Shown here: piece after piece, positions 22,151 through 34,652 of the stretch
Position numbering within the stretch: the first letter of the stretch is position 1
Layout of the letters: each line of letters begins with the position of its first letter
From: Octopus bimaculoides
Taxonomy: Eukaryota
DNA length: 64,000 bases
Reading direction: 5' to 3'
Assembly (NCBI RefSeq): GCF_001194135.2
Contig: NC_068985.1
Location: forward strand, 51,993,428-52,057,427
Translations under genes and position numbers: made by a program
Notes under the pieces: generated by a model
What the model was told of the DNA's origin: nothing
The model's input: the letters and a program-made list of their open reading frames with translations, nothing else
The model's database searches: none

Positions 22151-23655
22151 CTCCACCTCTCTCTCTCTCTTATCAGTCTTTTTCTTTCATTGGTAAACTC
22201 TCATGCATTTTTCTCACATTTCTTCTTTTCATGTTTGCTTGCATCTTTATTTTCTTATTCTTCAATTCTTTCACTATTTCATCTTTTCATTCAGTTCCGT
22301 CTTTCATTTCTGCACGTCAATATATAAATACAAAATTAAGTAGAGTGCTTGAAATTATTTGGGAATGTTGTTAGCATATATATAAATACACATACGCGCG
22401 CGCGCGCACATCACTGATGTAATACTCTGAAAAAAAAAGTCACGAATACAACATTCGAATCCCCTGTGGTGTGATCCGTATGGCAGATTAGAGCGGGAGT
22501 TAAGCGATTGGTGCGTTGTGTGGTTGATCCTGTTTCAATATCCGGTTGTAACAAGTTCATTCATGATGTCATCTATAACTTCGGTGCAGAGGAATGATTC
22601 TGTCGCTCATTAAACCTGGAAGCCTGTTGTTATGTAATATGTCTTCGCCAACTATCACTGGACAGTGACAATAACGTAATTCCAATGGTAGAGCCGCTAC
22701 CATTGGGATTATGGTCGCCCGACTTGCTGCGTTAGAACTCTCTACTGTCTTTGAAAATGAAGGCAGGACACACCGGATGATTTAATGATAGGTATATAAA
22801 AACAGTTGAGAAGGTCATAACTAGAATGCTTTGTATTATAAATTTGCTCGATCGAGATTTATTTAGGGATAAACAACGACAATAAGACGACGAGCATCAC
22901 CAACACAAGTACCACTAGCAGCAGCAGCACCACTGCCACCACTACTATAAGTGTAGTTAGTTTGCTCTAAGTGTTGTTAGTTCACAGTTTCATATCCCAC
23001 TATAAAAAAAAGAAAAATTTTGGATCCTACTTCCCACCACAATTTTCCCACACCCCACGTTGGGAATCACTGAGATAGGGATCGAGAAAGTGCTAGACTC
23101 TGCAGTCATTTAAAAGGGCCCACGGTAAAGAGTGCAACAACGCTGACAAACCCGAAACTGAGTGTAGATTCCTTTCTGCGATAAAGACTGCCGCTAATGG
23201 AAATGGCTTCTTGGATACGAAAAACGCTACCAAAAATAGGAGGCAACGTCCATGGTCAACATTAACTGATTCTAGCTTTAGATATATGATACCGAAAAAT
23301 CTTATAGCCAAGAATGAAAACAGTGATAGGCCTACCGTTTGCTTGGCTAAACTTTTATATTCACACTTTACACTGTGAGGTCAATAATTTAGTGATTGAT
23401 ATGTAGCAGGTGGGAGGAAAGAAGTGGGTGCCGAGATGTGCTGAACAAGTTTTAACTTATAAATGTGTGAAATATGAAGGAAAAAAAACAAAACATCGTA
23501 GAGAATGAAAGTGTTGTGATATGTAAGAGTAGGTATTGTGTGGGACAGAAGTCAGTTTTCAGTAGACAGTAACTTCGAAATTCAAAATCAGTGCCAGCTT
23601 TCTTCTTTCTAATACGCGCACACATACACACACACACAAACACGAATACACACAT

Positions 23656-23728
<73 letters not shown>

Positions 23729-24387
23729 TATGTGTGTATATGTGTACAGTTGGAATTTATCTTTATGCTCCAATTAAGAGTTGTCGTTGCTATTGTTATT
23801 GATATTGTCGCTGTTATTGTGACTGTGGCTAACAAACAGTTTATCATAATATTACAGCTACTTTTTTTTTCTAAGTTAATATTCAAATAGGAGACAAAAG
23901 CTTAAGAGCTAAACGGATGCATCAACCGCCCCCTAAAGCCTCCTTGGTTCCCAGTGCGCATATAAAATTTTCCACGCCCCCACCCAGGGTGATACCGCTC
24001 GCTCTGAGAAGCACTGTTTAAAAAATAAAACAACTTAGGAAATAAATGCAGTATAAATAGTGAATAAATATATTGACGTATGCCACCCATGTGGATAACA
24101 CAACTAGGAATAAACATCAATAATCTGCACTGCAGACTCAAACATTGAGATAACATAGTAAGGCGTAAGGTGTAAAGCGAATAATTAAGTTCACAGGACG
24201 CTAACTTAGATCTTGCGGGGAAATGTGATTGAAATGTACAGAGATATTCTACGCTTCGTACTTTGGAGGGATATCAATGAACTTCAAATATGAATCAAAT
24301 AGGGATATAAACAAGCTCTGAGGTTTAAAATCAGTTTCGATAGCGCTTCAATGCTGTGTTTTGTCAATCATATAGGAGCGTTTTTGT

Positions 24388-24715
24388 GGAGGCGCAATGG
24401 CCCAGTGCTTAGGGCAGCGGACTCGCGGTCGGAGGATCGCGGTTTCGATTCCCAAACCGCGCGTTGTCTGTGTTTATTGAGCGAAAACACCTAAAGTTCC
24501 ACGAGGTTCCGGCAAGGGATGGTGGCAACTCCTATTGTATTCTTTCGCCTCAACTTTCTCTCGCTCTTTCTTCCTGTTTCTTGAGTAACGCTTCGATGGA
24601 CTGGCGTCCCGTCCAGCTGTGTGTGTGTGTGGGGGGGGGGAATATACGCCACAGGAACCGAGAAACCGGGCCCATGAGCCTGGTTAAGCTTTAAAAGGGC
24701 GAAAAGAAAAAAAAA
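24388..24715 (+). mobile_element. tRNA-derived SINE family C with A-tail and 10-bp TSD
   Basis: GGAGGCGCAATGGCCCAGTG...GGTTTCGATTCCC head; A-rich tail; AGGAGCGTTT repeated at 24374-24383 and 24716-24725. Confidence 0.9.
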
Positions 24716-24837
24716 AGGAGCGTTTATTAAGCAATAACAGCAAAAATGTATACATTAGTCATGCGAACAAAAGTGATCAAAGTACAATTTTACGCCAAAA
24801 TTGGCGTACTTGGTTATATTACAAATTGTCTAAATAA

Positions 24838-24930
24838 CGGCTTCAAATTTTGGTACAAGGCCAGCAATTTTAGTGTAGGGGATATAGTTGACAAGACCTC
24901 GGCTGCATTTGAACTCAGAACGTAAAGACG
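24838..24930 (-). mobile_element. SINE family A, deleted
   Basis: TTCAAATTTTGGTACAAGGCCAGCAATTT...CATTTGAACTCAGAACGTAAAGACG. Confidence 0.75.
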
Positions 24931-26009
24931 AACGAAGCAGCACTTAGAGAGAAACGTGTAGATGTATGAAGTGAGTTACGGAGACGGAAAGATTACCAGG
25001 CAGAAAGATAAGAAGAAATAGAGCGAAATGTTGAGTATTATAGACATGAGAAGGGACTAAATGAAGAATCTAAATGAAGAGAAAGAATAGAAAACAGAGT
25101 AAATTCAACAGAAGAGAGCGTTGGAAATTATGGTTTTGGTGATGATGGTAGAAAGAGAGAGGCAGGAAGCAAGTAGGAGAGGTTAGAAATGCAAAGGTTA
25201 GAGGTGAATTTAGAGTGAGGGGGAGTGAGAAAGAGAGGGAGATAGGGGGAGAGATAGAGATAGATAGCTAGCTAGATAGATAGAGAAATAGATAGATAGA
25301 TAGATAGATAGATAGAGAGAGAGAGCGAGAGAGAGAGAGAGAGAGAGAGAGAGCAGTGGTTGTGAGGTTATTAACAAAGACATGTTTTTTGAAGGTGTAT
25401 TGCAAGACCTACTGAAACGCAACACCTCGACGGTAGTTTCTTGAGGTTAACGACATCAACAGAAAACAAGATAGATAATAACAATAAGAACAACAACAAT
25501 AGCAACACAAGTAACAACAACAATGACATCGATCACAACCACTAAGACAGCTTATATGCACCACCCCTACCAATTAGAAAGAAAAAGAAGAAAACTTCCA
25601 CTGTAATGGGAATGAAGACAAATATAGTAGACATAAGCAGAATTTTATGCTTATTTCAGCCTCAAGATGGTGTGACATTTTACCTTGGTGAATGGCACAG
25701 AATACAAAAGAAGGTGGAAAATAGTAAAAATACTAAAACCAACAAACAGAACAATACATATAAAAAACAAACCATCAACTCTAAGATTATCAAAAGCATA
25801 ATAACAAGAGCAATAACAACGGTTTCAAATTTTGGCACAAAACCAGCAATTTGGGGGCATGTGATTAATGATTAATGAATGCCATTAAGTTGACTGTGTT
25901 CCGAAGATCATATCTAAAGGCATTGTTTTAACAACGTACTTAAGGTACCGTGGTCCACTTTAGAGAGGGGTTTTCGCCATCTTTAGCAACTAATCATTTA
26001 TTACCGCTT

Positions 26010-26170
26010 ATCTTTTACTTGTTTTATTCATTGAAGTGCGGTCATGCTGGAGCACCATTTTGAAGGGTTTTAGTCGAGCAAAAAAAAAAACCACAGTACT
26101 TTTTTCTTATTAAAGTCTGGTACTTATTCTATCAGTCGCTTTCGTCGAACACCAGTTGCCAAGCGATGCA
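26010..26170 (-). mobile_element. SINE family B tail
   Basis: GCGGTCATGCTGGAGCACC...TTTTAGTCGAGC...GGTACTTATTCTATCAGTC. Confidence 0.75.
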
Positions 26171-26848
26171 GGAGTACAATTCCACCATTACAACCCCCCA
26201 TGTAGNNNNNNNNNNNNNNNNNNNNNNNNNNNNNNNNNNNNNNNNNNNNNNNNNNNNNNNNNNNNNNNNNNNNNNNNNNNNNNNNNNNNNNNNNNNNNNN
26301 NNNNNNNNNNNNNNNNNNNNNNNNNNNNNNNNNNNNNNNNNNNNNNNNNNNNNNNNNNNNNNNNNNNNNNNNNNNNNNNNNNNNNNNNNNNNNNNNNNNN
26401 NNNNNNNNNNNNNNNNNNNNNNNNNNNNNNNNNNNNNNNNNNNNNNNNNNNNNNNNNNNNNNNNNNNNNNNNNNNNNNNNNNNNNNNNNNNNNNNNNNNN
26501 NNNNNNNNNNNNNNNNNNNNNNNNNNNNNNNNNNNNNNNNNNNNNNNNNNNNNNNNNNNNNNNNNNNNNNNNNNNNNNNNNNNNNNNNNNNNNNNNNNNN
26601 NNNNNNNNNNNNNNNNNNNNNNNNNNNNNNNNNNNNNNNNNNNNNNNNNNNNNNNNNNNNNNNNNNNNNNNNNNNNNNNNNNNNNNNNNNNNNNNNNNNN
26701 NNNNNNNNNNNNNNNNNNNNNNNNNNNNNNNNNNNNNNNNNNNNNNNNNNNNNNNNNNNNNNNNNNNNNNNNNNNNNNNNNNNNNNNNNNNNNNNNNNNN
26801 NNNNNNNNNNNNNNNNNNNNNNNNNNNNNNNNNNNNNNNNNNNNNNNT

Positions 26849-27098
26849 ATGTTGTTGTACTTGGGGTTGGTCATATTGCCAGTTTAGCCAATAAAAACAC
26901 ACGCACTGTATATTTGGTGTTAATTTGCTTCAGCTTTATATTACATTATATTACATTAATCCTATTTCGGCCAAAGTTCTTTCGTCACACTTCCGTGACC
27001 TCATCAGTGGTCGCTGAAGCAAATTAACACCAAATATACAGTGCGTGTGTTTTTATTGGCTAAACTGGCAATATGACCATCCCCAAGTACAACAACAT
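26849..27098. repeat. long inverted repeat, 86-bp arms with 85/86 identity
   Basis: Arms 26849-26934 and 27013-27098; single mismatch GGTTGG/GGATGG; 78-bp spacer. Confidence 0.95.
26968..27013 (-). ncRNA. type I minimal hammerhead ribozyme motif, Penelope-like
   Basis: CGACCA-CUGAUGA-G-GUCAC(GGAAGU)GUGAC-GAAA-GAAC-U-U-UGGCCG; stem I 5 of 6 pairs, stem II 5 bp. Confidence 0.6.
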
Positions 27099-27136
27099 CT
27101 GTTTCAACACACGATTTCACATAAAAAATCTTGCAA

Positions 27137-27174
<38 letters not shown>

Positions 27175-27579
27175 TGAGAGTAAATGACGCGTTCGGTAGA
27201 GGGAAGAAATATTCATATTTGTTACATTTGAACTTTTCCAAGGTATATTGTTATTTTAGATTTGTATTTTTTGTGAGTTAGTGAATTATTTACAAATCTA
27301 AATACGTATTTAAATGAACTATTATTGTGTGATATATGCTGATATACAGAAACAAGAAGATAGTATATCTTTTTAGTTTTAAACTAGTTTATATCATAAA
27401 TTCGATTGTGAGATATATTTGTCGATTGGATGTGCATATATTGGCAGACAAGTGTATATTGTTTTGTGAAACGAATGTAGATTCACAACACTACAGTAAT
27501 TCAAAACTAAACAAGAGCACTCAGAGAGCGCAAACTTCCTCCAAGGCAACACCAACGTCCTCTCAACGATTAGCCGAAG

Positions 27580-27862
27580 ATGATTTTTAAAATGGGAATA
27601 TCTGAAATAAACTTGACTGTTCTCAGAAACGAGAATACTAAAAATGAATCCAACCGCTCTCAAAAATTAAGTAAAAAACCCGGAAAAATAATTCAGAATC
27701 CTTGTCCTGTACAGGATCGACCCCAAAATCTAATCAGTTCGTGTCAGTCACGAGTTAAAACATCCCTGAAAGTTTCGTCCGAATCCACCTAGCAGTTCTT
27801 GAGATATCTTGTCCATGGACAAACAAACAAACAAACAAACAAACAAACACGACTGAAAATAA
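27580..27862 (+). mobile_element. non-autonomous Helentron-associated (DINE-1/Pearl-like) element fragment
   Basis: CCAAAATCTAATCAGTTCGTG...AAGTTTCGTCCGAATCC...TTCTTGAGATATC followed by (ACAA)n and GAAAATAAAACC; classification by recalled architecture only. Confidence 0.4.
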
Positions 27863-27894
27863 AACCTAGAAAGAAAAGAAAGAAGGATAAAAGT

Positions 27895-27945
27895 TTACTC
27901 TTTTACTCTTTTACTTGTTTCAGTCATTTGACTGCGGCCATGCTG
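27895..27945 (-). mobile_element. SINE family B extreme 3' end
   Basis: TACTCTTTTACTCTTTTACTTGTTTCAGTCATTTGACTGCGGCCATGCT. Confidence 0.85.
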
Positions 27946-28589
27946 TCACACACACACACACAAACATACACATACATACACACACAAACACACACATATA
28001 TGATACTAAATGCATATATATATATATATATATATANNNNNNNNNNNNNNNNNNNNNNNNNNNNNNNNNNNNNNNNNNNNNNNNNNNNNNNNNNNNNNNN
28101 NNNNNNNNNNNNNNNNNNNNNNNNNNNNNNNNNNNNNNNNNNNNNNNNNNNNNNNNNNNNNNNNNNNNNNNNNNNNNNNNNNNNNNNNNNNNNNNNNNNN
28201 NNNNNNNNNNNNNNNNNNNNNNNNNNNNNNNNNNNNNNNNNNNNNNNNNNNNNNNNNNNNNNNNNNNNNNNNNNNNNNNNNNNNNNNNNNNNNNNNNNNN
28301 NNNNNNNNNNNNNNNNNNNNNNNNNNNNNNNNNNNNNNNNNNNNNNNNNNNNNNNNNNNNNNNNNNNNNNNNNNNNNNNNNNNNNNNNNNNNNNNNGAAT
28401 CAATAAAAATAAGATAATTCCATATATATATATATATATCATATATAATATATATAATATATAACATATTTATGTATATTTACCATATAATATATAGTAT
28501 ATATAATACAATATGTATGTATATATATATGTATATATACACACACACACGCATACATATATGCAGATACATGCACACACGAACACACA

Positions 28590-28667
<78 letters not shown>

Positions 28668-28760
28668 CATACTTTCATGTACATACACATGATACAAGTA
28701 TTTGTGTTTGCGTATGGGTGTTTAAGGTTTTCTTTTGAGACATCCTCGTCCTATGAAATA

Positions 28761-28890
28761 ATGGTTTCAAGTATTAACATAGGGCCAGCAATGTTTTGAG
28801 AGGATGGGCAAGTCGATTACAACAGGTTCTTATTTTATCGACTTCAAAAGGATGAAAGGCAAAGTCGACCTCTGCGAAATTTGAATTCAT
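28761..28890 (-). mobile_element. SINE family A, partial
   Basis: GGCCAGCAAT...TTATCGACTTCAAAAGGATGAAAGGCAAAGTCGACCTC. Confidence 0.75.
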
Positions 28891-29484
28891 CACTCAGAAT
28901 AACAATCTTTCTGTCTTTGTGTCACTCAGACAGGGAAACTGTAAGAAAAATCACGGAAGTAGGAGGTGTTACTTGTGTAGAGGTGTAAGGTATTGCTTTT
29001 ATGAATAATAATGAATACTATATTTCGACGTGTAGATTTTATAAATGTTTTGTAGTAGTTGAACTACAAAATACAACACTATGGTATGCAATTGTTTTTA
29101 GAATGCATTTTTCGATGAAGCATAATAGATGGTGCACTATAAGAAAATCAATGATTCCAAAGCCATTTCAAGGCTGTCTATCTTGCGGTAAACGGTGCTG
29201 ATGATAACCAAGAATTTAGAGATGCAGTATTTACGGCTTCCGTCTTGAAATGACTTGGTGTTTTTCAAAACCCGCTGCCTAAAATCAGAAAGTTTCTCCA
29301 CAATAAATTACCTGGGAATATGGCCTTTATGCAGGCCATATTCACAGCTTATATGATCTAAATGTTTGTTTAAATAAAAGACATTTAAGCGTAATATTTT
29401 TACGGAACGGTAATTCAAAAAATATATCGAGATAGAACATTGGTAAGGTTAAATTTAAATGGGAAGTTAAATTCAAAATTCAGG

Positions 29485-29600
29485 AGTTAAAAAATTGAAA
29501 AATTAAGTTTAAAATTTTGATTTAAAAAAGTGAAAAATTAAATTTCAAATTTAGAATTTGAAAAGTGAAAAATTAGATTTAAAATTTTAGAAAATTTTTC
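29485..29600. repeat. AT-rich minisatellite of about 35 bp, 3 copies
   Basis: (G/T)TGAAAAATTA(A/G)(G/A)TTT(A/C)AAATTT repeated. Confidence 0.6.
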
Positions 29601-30270
29601 GAGGGTAATTTATTCGAATGTAATAGTTTGACATAAGTCTCTTAAAATAGTGATTAATTGAGAATTTCAAAATATAATAGGCAACAAAGGCACTAATCTT
29701 TTAACATTTATAAGTTAAATGTAAAACAATAATACAAATTTCGAACTGAAATAGGAAATAGTTTCACGTACAAATTCCCTACAACGGAAATACGAGACCT
29801 TGTTATGTGTGCACAGCTGAGACCTTTGAAATTTTATATGCCCAGAAATCACTGCTAAATAAATATTCGGAAGTCTCTATACGTTGTCATATAACTAAAT
29901 TTTAAACACTATACACCAATCATACTTCCTAATACATAAGACCTCTCGATTTATTTTATGTTTATAATTTATTCTTAATCAATTTTTTTTTCCAGTTTTG
30001 TATTCATTATTCATTTATATATTTTCTTTTTCCGTTATTTTTCCTCTGTATTTTTAAATTGCAAATAATAACATAAACTTGAACAATAAACGGCACATCT
30101 ACAAGTTTGAAAAAATTATTCAAACATTTCATTAATTTCCAGAAAATAACTTTATTAAAGAAATATTGATATCCACGTTAACTTCGACATTTTGATTTGT
30201 GTAACGTAAGAATGATATTCTGTAGTAAATACATTTAGTAAATACATTTATTAGTAACTCCAGTGACATT

Positions 30271-30487
30271 AAGGTAGCGAGCTGACAGCGTCATCAGCGC
30301 GTTAGAAAAAAAATGCTCTACAACATTTCTTTCGGATTTACTTTCTGAGTTCAAATTTCGCCGAGGTCGACTTTGCTTTTCATCTTTTCGAAGCCGATAA
30401 AATAAGTACCAGTTGAGTACTGAGATCGATGTAGTCGGCTAACCCTTCCCCTTAAAATTATTGGCTTTGTACCAAAAATGCCAAACA
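30271..30487 (+). mobile_element. SINE family A
   Basis: AAGGTAGCGAGCTGACAG head; GAGTTCAAATTTCGCCGAGGTCGACTTTGC. Confidence 0.85.
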
Positions 30488-30644
30488 TATAATTATCACA
30501 ATGGCAATTGTTCAAAGAGAGAGAGAGCAGAGTGAGAAAGATAGATAGATAGCTGAAGAATTCTAAACCAGTATATTACTGGTACTCTATTAATCCCAGA
30601 AGTATTAAAAGTAAACTCTACACCAAATAACATTTGAACCCTGT

Positions 30645-31080
30645 ATCTAGGTAACGAAATGTCTGACTGTTTTCCTCAGCTGATTGCCATAGGGTCACTT
30701 GGTAACTCACTCCAACCTCTGACTCATAAATGTGGAGTCTTCTCCCCTACCTTTTCCACCGCTACTGTTTGGTTTCTGCTCCGTTTATCTGGCCGGTCTT
30801 CTGTCACCTACATTCAGACGTTCTCAGCTCATTTGTCTCTGCACCTATCTCTCATCATTTATATCAGGATTCTCTGCAGATCCTGCATTAACCCCTATGG
30901 CGAGCTCTTTCTTCCCAGATATCAGTCCTCTGGAATTCGGCCAACCCATCTTTTTCCTGCATCCGTTAACATGCAGCCGTAAAATAGAAACTTTAACCGC
31001 GTCGATCTCACCAGCCTCAGAGGGGTTGCGAATATCCTGGGCAAAGCCCTCTCCTTTACCCCTAGCCGTAAAAAGAAATT
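30645..31080 (-). pseudogene. possible highly decayed RTE-like RT fragment
   Basis: Fragmentary motifs in plausible order (G...PL, GVNAG, SQTFRYL) across frameshifts; weak. Confidence 0.25.
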
Positions 31081-31110
31081 GGTAAATGTTTAAAGGGGCT
31101 TATTAAATAT

Positions 31111-31333
31111 CAGTTTCAAATTTTGGTACAAGGCCAGCAATTTCAGAGGGGTGGGTGAGTCGACTTCAGCGTTCCCAGTTCTCAGCGAGAACTTTTTATT
31201 TTGTTTATCTACCCCGAGAGGGTGAAAGGTAAAGTTGACCTCAGTGGAATTTGGACTCAGAACGTAAAGACGGACGAAATACCGCTAAGAATTTTGCTCA
31301 GCGTGCTAACGATTCTGCCGGAACTCCGCCTCA
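31111..31333 (-). mobile_element. SINE family A
   Basis: GTTTCAAATTTTGGTACAAGGCCAGC...GCTAACGATTCTGCC. Confidence 0.85.
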
Positions 31334-31929
31334 AATGATGCTATTAAATATCAAGAAATATATGTTATCTTTGCATTGTTGGGCACTAGAAGCCATGAAT
31401 TTTGTCTTCAGTTAAAATAATAAAGAATTTAACTTTTTCTGTAATGCTATTCCAACCAACCAACCAACCACCCATTAATCACGGCTGATTGCTATAACAT
31501 TGCTGATATAATCATTATTAATTGCTTTTAAGTTTAATGTTTTATAAACTATGTTGTTATAATCACTAATAGTTGTTTTTAAGTTTTATAAATTATGTTA
31601 TACTGATATTTTTTACATTCGTAAGTTTCTGTTTTAATTTTAAGGTAGTTAGATTTTGCAGATTGTTAGAGTCGCCTGGTTCTCGTAGATTTGGTTTAGT
31701 TGAATGAGTAACAGCGATATTAATACTGTTTGATACACTATAGTAGCATAAGTTTTTAAACATATCTTTTGTTTATTTACTTGGTGTGTCTGGAGGAAGA
31801 TGTAGTGCACATGATCCATGGAGGCCCTCCGAGACTTAAGCTTGATGCCGTTAATGTTCTGCTTAAACTGTTACCGATCGGCACCTGCAGGAATAAAACA
31901 TGAAAAAGGAGGGAAGCCTAGAGGACCAC

Positions 31930-31950
31930 TGTTTGTGAGGAAGTCCGTCG

Positions 31951-32022
<72 letters not shown>

Positions 32023-32120
32023 CATGCATGCGCGTTTTTGTGTTTGCGTCTATCTCCTCACAATCGTTTGAAAAACCGGTGCTGGTTTGTTTGCATCCCC
32101 GAAACTTAGTGGTTCGGTAA
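31930..32120 (+). mobile_element. SINE family B, partial
   Basis: GGAAGTCCGTCG-(CA)n-...GGTGCTGGTTTGTTTGCATCCCCGAAACTTAGTGGTTCGG. Confidence 0.7.
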
Positions 32121-32499
32121 NNNNNNNNNNNNNNNNNNNNNNNNNNNNNNNNNNNNNNNNNNNNNNNNNNNNNNNNNNNNNNNNNNNNNNNNNNNNNNNN
32201 NNNNNNNNNNNNNNNNNNNNNNNNNNNNNNNNNNNNNNNNNNNNNNNNNNNNNNNNNNNNNNNNNNNNNNNNNNNNNNNNNNNNNNNNNNNNNNNNNNNN
32301 NNNNNNNNNNNNNNNNNNNNNNNNNNNNNNNNNNNNNNNNNNNNNNNNNNNNNNNNNNNNNNNNNNNNNNNNNNNNNNNNNNNNNNNNNNNNNNNNNNNN
32401 NNNNNNNNNNNNNNNNNNNNNNNNNNNNNNNNNNNNNNNNNNNNNNNNCGGTAAAAATGCCGCTAATCATTTGCCCACCTTAAATTGTTTCTTATTTAT

Positions 32500-32727
32500 G
32501 CACGGGCCCAGAAAAATTGAAGGAAGGGCGAAGTTGATTCCATTGACCCCAGTACTTGACAAGCGCTTTACTTTATCGACTCCGAAAAGATAAAATATAA
32601 AGTTGAGATCGGCAGAACTTGAAGTCAGATGTAAAGAGCCGGAACAAATATCACAATGAATTTATTTATTTATCTATTTTCTTTTTTTTTTTTGGCAACG
32701 CTCTAACGATTCTGCCAGGCCCTCACC
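32500..32727 (-). mobile_element. SINE family A, diverged
   Basis: GACCCCAGTAC...TTATCGACTCCGAAAAGATAAAA...CTAACGATTCTGCCAG. Confidence 0.7.
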
Positions 32728-33316
32728 CTCCTGAAAACTAGTTATAGAAGCTGAAATAATTGAGTAGCATAAGTTCTCGGACTGAAGTTGTCATTGTTGT
32801 TTAGCCCAACGTCTGTCATAAGGGAAACAGGGCCATCCAACGGGGTGCGGCCGGAGGCTGTGAGAATGTGTATGTGTGTGAGAGGAGCGGTGGATAATTT
32901 GCCATATCTAAGTATATTAAAATGGTTTCCAGCTTTTTAAACTTGTCGAATTTCTTGGTGAAGAAAGAAAGAATTATTTTGGTGCCAAAAATAAAGTGGG
33001 TGGGGCAAAATTTTTCAGTAATACTTGTGGAACATAAGTAGGGGAGGGAGAGCTGGAATTTGTGGGTTTCAGAACCATTGACTTAGTTACAGGTTAATCT
33101 CAAACTTAACAAACACAGACCTATGACCTGATTCCAGCTATGGCCATCTTGTATTTATGACGGCAAATAGGACTACATGATCTAATGTGTCTTGTTTTTA
33201 TATAAGACTGTAACATGTAATACGAGGGAGAATTGGCTGCGATCTCCAGAAAACAAACGAGCATGTAGAGACTCCTTCGTTGACTAGTAATGACCGAAAA
33301 ATATTTCTTTCTACAG

Positions 33317-33979
33317 TAGGTACAAAGCCTGAAATTTAAAAGAGGAGTCCAGTCGATTATATCGATGCCAGGGTTCAACTGGTATCTATTTTATTGACCC
33401 CAGAAGGGATGAAATGCAAATTTAACGACAGTGGTATTTGAATTCAGAACGTAAAGAACCAGAAGAAATGCCGCTAAGTATTGTGTCCGACGTGATAACG
33501 TTTCTGCCAGTTCATGAACTCGAAATCCTGAAATAGCAGGGAACAAATTCTTATGTAGACATAATGCCTTAAATATGGTGGATGGGTTAGTCGATTACAT
33601 CGACCCATATGTTCAAATAGTGGTTTATTTTATGGACCCTGAAAGGATGAAAGGTAAAGTAGACCACAGTGAAATCTGAACTCAGAACCTAAAGAATCAG
33701 AAGAAAAACCATTAAGAACTCTGTCCGGTGTGTTAACAATTCAACCAGCTCATCGCCTTTACAGACCTAAAAATATTGATTTCGAATTTCTGGCACAAGA
33801 CCAGCAATTTCAGTAAATGAGGCAAATCGATTACAATGACTCCAGTGATGAACTGGTTCCTATTCTATCGACCCTGAAAGAATGAAAGGCAGAATTTGAA
33901 CTCAGAACGTTAAGACGAACGAAATGCCGCTAAGCATTTTACCCGCCGTGCTAACGATCCTGCCAGCTCGCCGCCTTTG
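33317..33979 (-). mobile_element. three head-to-tail SINE family A copies
   Basis: Copies at about 33317-33512, 33575-33760 and 33778-33979; third copy flanked by CAGACCTAAAAATATT at 33762-33777 and 33980-33995. Confidence 0.9.
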
Positions 33980-34379
33980 CAGACCTAAAAATATTAAAAC
34001 ATGCTATACATACGACCAATACAAACCATTTATAAATGTCACATGAAAGCGGGATGAAGGAAAAGATAGTATTTACTCACCCCTAGGGTGTTTAATGGAA
34101 TGCTGAGCGTAAACAGACGAATTTTAGTTAGAGCCAAAGCCCTACCCACTCGGCCCAACCCTACACACAGACAAAAACATCAGCAGTGAAGCAGGACTAG
34201 AGGCACCTATTGTCTGCATGTCATTGTCTCGAGAGCTTGTTGCGTCATTCGTTTATACACTCACAGACACTTACTCCATATTATATACATCCTCCCACAC
34301 AAACATCCGTGTAAAGTTTTCATTCTTCTTTTCTTTGTGCTTTTTAAAGTAAATACGCACGCACCCAGATATACGTACA

Positions 34380-34452
34380 TACACACATATATATGTATGT
34401 ATATGTACACATACGCGCACAAACACGTGTACACACATGCATGTATAAAGGT

Positions 34453-34499
<47 letters not shown>

Positions 34500-34509
34500 N
34501 NNNNNNNNN

Positions 34510-34544
<35 letters not shown>

Positions 34545-34606
34545 ACACTATATACACACATTCATATATATATATATGAATATATATACATACACATGTA
34601 CATGTA

Positions 34607-34652
<46 letters not shown>

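Noticed and set aside
24388-24470. tRNA-like sequence with A and B boxes (also at 17396, 51648, 63800)
   Set aside because: No complete cloverleaf or acceptor stem; continues into SINE body, tail and TSD
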